From an uncultured Thermoplasmatales archaeon (lineage in GTDB: Archaea; Thermoplasmatota; E2; DHVEG-1), in assembly GCA_964527715.1 (NCBI GenBank), contig CAZGOD010000005.1, positions 22,793 through 86,792 of the forward strand: a stretch of 64,000 bases of DNA, written 5' to 3'. Every line of letters begins with the position of its first letter. The first letter of the stretch is position 1. Shown here piece after piece: positions 60,219 through 64,000 of the stretch. Both the position numbers and the translations under genes were made by a program. The notes under the pieces were generated by a model. That model searched no databases. It was not told the origin of the DNA and was given only the letters and a program-made list of their open reading frames with translations.

Positions 60219-60602
60219 ATGGCACTATGGCAAGGTAAAAGTAGAAGAAGTGAAACCGGCCGAAGAATCCGCTATTCACGTAGTAAAAGAAAATTTGAAA
60301 TAGGACGAGAACAACACCTTACTACTATTGGCCTTACAACACTTAAAAAAGTACGAACCAAAGGTAAAAACCAAAAAACTCGTGCTAAAACCACTAATAT
60401 TGCTCATGTAGTTGACCCTAAAAACAATAAAACAACTAAAATAGACATATTATCTGTAATAGAAAACAAAGCTAATATCCACTATGTGCGAAGAAACATA
60501 ATTAACAAGGGTGCCATTATTGAAACAAAACTAGGAAAAGCACAGGTTACATCTAGACCAGGACAATCAGGAACTATAAACGCTGTTCTTCTTTCAAAAT
60601 AA
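60219..60602 (+). CDS. rps8e: 30S ribosomal protein S8e.
   Basis: MALWQGKSRRSETGRR N-terminus, 127 aa. Confidence 0.9.
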   Translation: MALWQGKSRRSETGRRIRYSRSKRKFEIGREQHLTTIGLTTLKKVRTKGKNQKTRAKTTNIAHVVDPKNNKTTKIDILSVIENKANIHYVRRNIINKGAIIETKLGKAQVTSRPGQSGTINAVLLSK

Positions 60603-60625
60603 AAAAAGATTTGTTGTGATATATC

Positions 60626-60901
60626 ATGGTGTCCAGAGGAGAGGACAAATACGTTATATGGCCTATTTATTTTGACAAAACAGTATCAAGACTACAGGGT
60701 AGAAAAGTCTCTAAAAAATATGCTATTGAAAAACCCACCATAGAAAACGTTACAAAAGCTGCTAAATCCCTTGGTCTAAACCCCGTGGTGGAACAAAATA
60801 TTCAATATCCCTCAAGAAATTGGAAAAAAGAAGGAAGAATACTGGTTGATAAGAAAGACTCTAAAAGCAAAATACTAGTAAAAATAGCCAACAAACTATG
60901 A
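60626..60901 (+). CDS. srp19: Signal recognition particle protein SRP19.
   Basis: IWPIYFDK..SR..GRKV.K..AIEKPT N-terminus, 91 aa. Adjacent to rps8e as in many archaea. Confidence 0.85.
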   Translation: MVSRGEDKYVIWPIYFDKTVSRLQGRKVSKKYAIEKPTIENVTKAAKSLGLNPVVEQNIQYPSRNWKKEGRILVDKKDSKSKILVKIANKL

Positions 60902-63478
60902 TTATTTTTTACTTGCTTTTTTTAATGTGAAATGAAACTTTGCACCTTTATCTTTACCAGGACTTTCCACCCAGATCCGTCCACCATGTTTCTCAACTAT
61001 ACGTTTACAAATAGGTAAACCCAACCCACATGATTCAAAATTAGACCGCGACTCATCTCCCTTATAAAACTCATCGAAGATATGATTCATTTGTTCCTCT
61101 GATATACCGATACCAACATCACTAACTGTAACAGTCACTGTATCTTCATCTTGCTCTGCATCAATGTTAATTTTGTCCCCCTCAGAGCTATATTTAACCG
61201 CGTTATCAATCAAGTTATCAAACAACTCAAGAATTCTCAGTTTATCCGCTTTTACTATGAGATCATTTTTAACAGCGTTATCAATTTTTACCTTTTTCTT
61301 CTCAAGAATCACTTTGTTATTAACAATAACTCTATTTATCTCATCAGATAAGTTAACATTTTCAATATCAAGCTTAGTACTCGGTGAATTCAACTGAGTA
61401 AGCTCCAAAGTGTCAACGACAAGGTTTTTCATATAATCAACATTCTTCAAAACAGCCTCAAGTAACTCCTGTGACTTAGGATCATTCTGCCTTTCTTTAA
61501 CAATTGGTAAAAGAGTTGTAAGTGGAACCATCGGATTTTTAAGATCATGACCAAGCTGCCCAATAAACTCATCTTTCTGCTTCAGCAGCTTTTCCACTTC
61601 AACAGTCCGTTCTCTCACCTTTTTTTCAAGGTTTTTATTTAAATCTGTAAGTTGCCTCATCGCACTATTCCTCTGAACAGCTACAGCTGCTTGATTCACA
61701 AAAGTCTGAATTGTATCAAGACTCTCTATCACATGATCTTTATAGGCAACTATGGAAACATTACCAAATACCTTCCCATCTTTAACAAGCCCCATAGTAC
61801 AAATCTCATCAGTGTTCATCAAATTTCTAATAGCCTGACAAACCTCTTTAGACTGATGAGAATGAAGTTTTTTAAACTCTTCTTTAGAGACTTTTACTAA
61901 ATCACCATTTAAAATATTCTTCTTCCATTCCTCATCATTAAATTCTAAATTAAAACCAACAAGATCTTCTTCATTTTCAATTTCGCCTATATTCTCAATT
62001 TTTTTATCAAAACCATATGTCCTGTTTATCTCAAATTTATTTGTTTTTTCATTGAACAAGGAAATACAAATAAAAGCGTTACTTGCAAGTTCATGAATTT
62101 TTTCCCCTATATAACCATAGACATCCTCTTCAATTGGAAACTGGTTAAGCTCCATAGCAGTTTTAGATAAGAAATCAGATTTCTCCTCCGCTTTTTTAAA
62201 ATCGGTTATATCACGTGAAATCCCCATAGTACCAATTATTTCACCTTTCTTATTATATCTTGGAATTTTAGTAACAGAAACCCAACGACTATTGCCCTTT
62301 TTATCACTCAGTTTTTCAATCTTATTTATGATAGGTTCACCTGTTAACATAATATCTGTGTCATCCTGATGAATATCTTTTGCTTCGTTTTCTGGTAAAA
62401 AATCAAAATCAGTTTTACCTAGCATCTTATCAGGAGTAATATTAGAATGCTCTGCTTTTGCCTTATTCACCTTGATAAACCTACTATTTTTATCTTTAAA
62501 ATAGACCGAATCAGGGACATTATCAAGAAGTGACTCCAGTAACTCCTGCTCAGCCTCCATCTTATTCTCAATACGTTTCCGCTCACTAATATCTTTTACA
62601 ATACCGATAGATCCAACAACCAATCCATCAACATTTTTCAAAACACTCAAAGAAATGTCAACATCTAAAGGATCAAGTTTCTTACGTAAAACCCGGGTTT
62701 CAAGATGATGCTGCATTCCCTTATCTCGGACCCTCTCAGATCTAATCTTTTTCCATTCCACCGATGAATAAAGAGAACTCACAGGTTTCAAATACAAATC
62801 ATCCTCACCCATATTAAGCAATTTCTCAGCGTATTTATTCCAAGAAACAATCTCCTCATTCTCATTAGTAAGCATAATGCCCACTGCAGAGTTCTCAAAA
62901 ACAGTCTTATACCTGCTTTCAAACTCAGTCAACGTCCTCTCCGTTTTTTTCAAACGAGTAATATCCGTAACAATACCAACAGAACCAACAATCTTACCCT
63001 CACTCCCCCTAAGAACAGATAACGAAACTTCCACATCAAAAGGATCACCCTCTTTCTTATTCATTTTTGTTTCAAGTTTGTATTTCATTCCTTTTTGTCG
63101 GACGTCTTCTTTCCGTATTTTCTTCCATTCCTTAGGGGGGTATAGTATGCTTACATGTTTTAGATATAGGTCTTTATCTGTCATGTTGAAGAGTTCTTCA
63201 GCGTATTTGTTCCAGGATACAATTTGTTCTTTTTCATCTGCGATAGTTATTGCTACAGCATAGTTTTCAAAAATAGTCTGATATCTCTCTTTTATCTCCT
63301 CAAAATCAATATCTGATTCTTCTCTCTCGATTTTTTCTCTAGAAAGATTTAGAGTTTCATCGTCAACTGAGTTATCAGGTTTTTCTTCTGATTCAAGTTT
63401 TGTAACTGTTTTATTATTCAATTCATTAAGCCGTTCTTCTTCCCTAAGCTCTTTTACAATATCAGGAATCATTCTCAT
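60902..63478 (-). CDS. Soluble multi-sensor histidine kinase: two tandem duplicated PAS domains, a third PAS, a GAF-like region, HisKA and HATPase_c.
   Basis: PAS1 and PAS2 are about 60 percent identical (YQTIFENYAVAITIADEKEQIVSWNKYAEELFNM vs YKTVFENSAVGIMLTNENEEIVSWNKYAEKLLNM). H-box LGHDLKNPM. G-box GLGLPICKRIVEKHGGRIWVES. No TM segment. Confidence 0.85.
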   Translation of the reverse strand: MRMIPDIVKELREEERLNELNNKTVTKLESEEKPDNSVDDETLNLSREKIEREESDIDFEEIKERYQTIFENYAVAITIADEKEQIVSWNKYAEELFNMTDKDLYLKHVSILYPPKEWKKIRKEDVRQKGMKYKLETKMNKKEGDPFDVEVSLSVLRGSEGKIVGSVGIVTDITRLKKTERTLTEFESRYKTVFENSAVGIMLTNENEEIVSWNKYAEKLLNMGEDDLYLKPVSSLYSSVEWKKIRSERVRDKGMQHHLETRVLRKKLDPLDVDISLSVLKNVDGLVVGSIGIVKDISERKRIENKMEAEQELLESLLDNVPDSVYFKDKNSRFIKVNKAKAEHSNITPDKMLGKTDFDFLPENEAKDIHQDDTDIMLTGEPIINKIEKLSDKKGNSRWVSVTKIPRYNKKGEIIGTMGISRDITDFKKAEEKSDFLSKTAMELNQFPIEEDVYGYIGEKIHELASNAFICISLFNEKTNKFEINRTYGFDKKIENIGEIENEEDLVGFNLEFNDEEWKKNILNGDLVKVSKEEFKKLHSHQSKEVCQAIRNLMNTDEICTMGLVKDGKVFGNVSIVAYKDHVIESLDTIQTFVNQAAVAVQRNSAMRQLTDLNKNLEKKVRERTVEVEKLLKQKDEFIGQLGHDLKNPMVPLTTLLPIVKERQNDPKSQELLEAVLKNVDYMKNLVVDTLELTQLNSPSTKLDIENVNLSDEINRVIVNNKVILEKKKVKIDNAVKNDLIVKADKLRILELFDNLIDNAVKYSSEGDKINIDAEQDEDTVTVTVSDVGIGISEEQMNHIFDEFYKGDESRSNFESCGLGLPICKRIVEKHGGRIWVESPGKDKGAKFHFTLKKASKK

Positions 63479-63703
63479 GAGGCATCCTTCATCCCATACT
63501 ACTATGTGAACGTTATCTGTAGTAATAAATTGTTTATATAAAACTGTTATGTTATAGTGAGTATTTTATTGTCGTTTTATAGAGCCATTTGTCCTTCCCC
63601 GATAAGAATAACAAAATGTTATTATATTGACATTAGACTTTTGTTTTTGTTAATCATTTTACAATACTTTAAAATATTATCCATGTGATATTATAATAAT
63701 ACT

Positions 63704-64000
63704 ATGAGAACCCGAGTAATCCATATTATAAAAAAATTTTTAACCTTAACCATATTGCTCTCTATCATAACGAGTGGCCTTTCATCAGCATCAATTAAAA
63801 AAGATCAAGTAAAAACCCCGGCATCATCTAAATACCTTGGCTGTTTAGATATAAAACTTACAGAAGGAACAGGATTTTTTGATGTTGCCCAGGATGAAAA
63901 TGGTGTATGGTGGTTTGTAACTCCTGAAGGAAACATTTTTTATTCAATGGGGCTAAATTGTGTCTTAGCTGACCAAAGACCCGAGTACACTAAATCTATT
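63704..64000 (+). CDS. N-terminal fragment, running off the window end, of a second secreted GH-A-like hydrolase. Paralog of 17600..19027.
   Basis: About 65 percent identity to the N-terminal 95 aa of the 17600..19027 protein, including the signal peptide and the GCLDIKLT(D/E)GTGFF...GVWWFVTP(D/E)G block. Confidence 0.55.
   Translation, partial: MRTRVIHIIKKFLTLTILLSIITSGLSSASIKKDQVKTPASSKYLGCLDIKLTEGTGFFDVAQDENGVWWFVTPEGNIFYSMGLNCVLADQRPEYTKSI

Overview
This 64 kb window looks like a chromosomal segment from a low-GC archaeon. The lineage cannot be assigned from sequence alone. It is densely coded (about 60 genes) and mixes conserved housekeeping genes with an accessory complement of secreted and membrane proteins.

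Housekeeping content:
- Translation and RNA processing: archaeal-type LeuRS, aIF5B, ribosomal proteins S8e and L21e, SRP19, Nop5, and the conserved pus10-rpl21e-rpoF-DUF655-ksgA cluster.
- Energy and metabolism: a complete A1AO ATP synthase operon in the order H-I-K-E-C-F-A-B-D, the pyrD-pyrK dihydroorotate dehydrogenase pair, NMN adenylyltransferase, membrane-bound LonB, and a family-4 uracil-DNA glycosylase.

Transport and signalling:
- Several Na+-coupled or ion transporters: an NSS symporter, an SSS symporter with a DUF3311-like partner, TrkH, an ABC-2 exporter, and a MATE efflux pump.
- Two stand-alone receiver proteins and a soluble triple-PAS histidine kinase.

Secreted and surface proteins:
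- A subtilase carrying a C-terminal beta-helix domain, a beta-helix protein, and a beta-lactamase-family serine hydrolase.
- A PQQ-propeller/PKD protein and a PKD lipoprotein.
- A 934-aa membrane-anchored putative clan CD peptidase and a 1066-aa surface protein.
- Two paralogous GH-A-like secreted hydrolases.

Most notable observations:
- A clear heliorhodopsin gene (59345..60106, minus strand) with the retinal-binding Lys motif.
- A duplicated 4-TM proteolipid c subunit with one complete Na+-binding signature per two hairpins, which suggests a Na+-coupled A/V-type ATPase.
- Short ORFs that a 60-aa ORF cut-off would miss: one placed like ahaG, 2 nt after atpD, and a 51-aa Lys/Arg-rich ORF behind a strong SD.
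- Two promoter-proximal loci that share a GGGGGUC...GACCCC(C) closing stem and could be small RNAs.
- A repeat family marking intergenic regions: GTGTGGGGTTTTATAAAAACAAAAAAACAAA, with the variant AAACCCATGTTTTA, plus a separate 26-nt motif seen twice.

No CRISPR array, tRNA or rRNA genes, or obvious mobile elements were seen.
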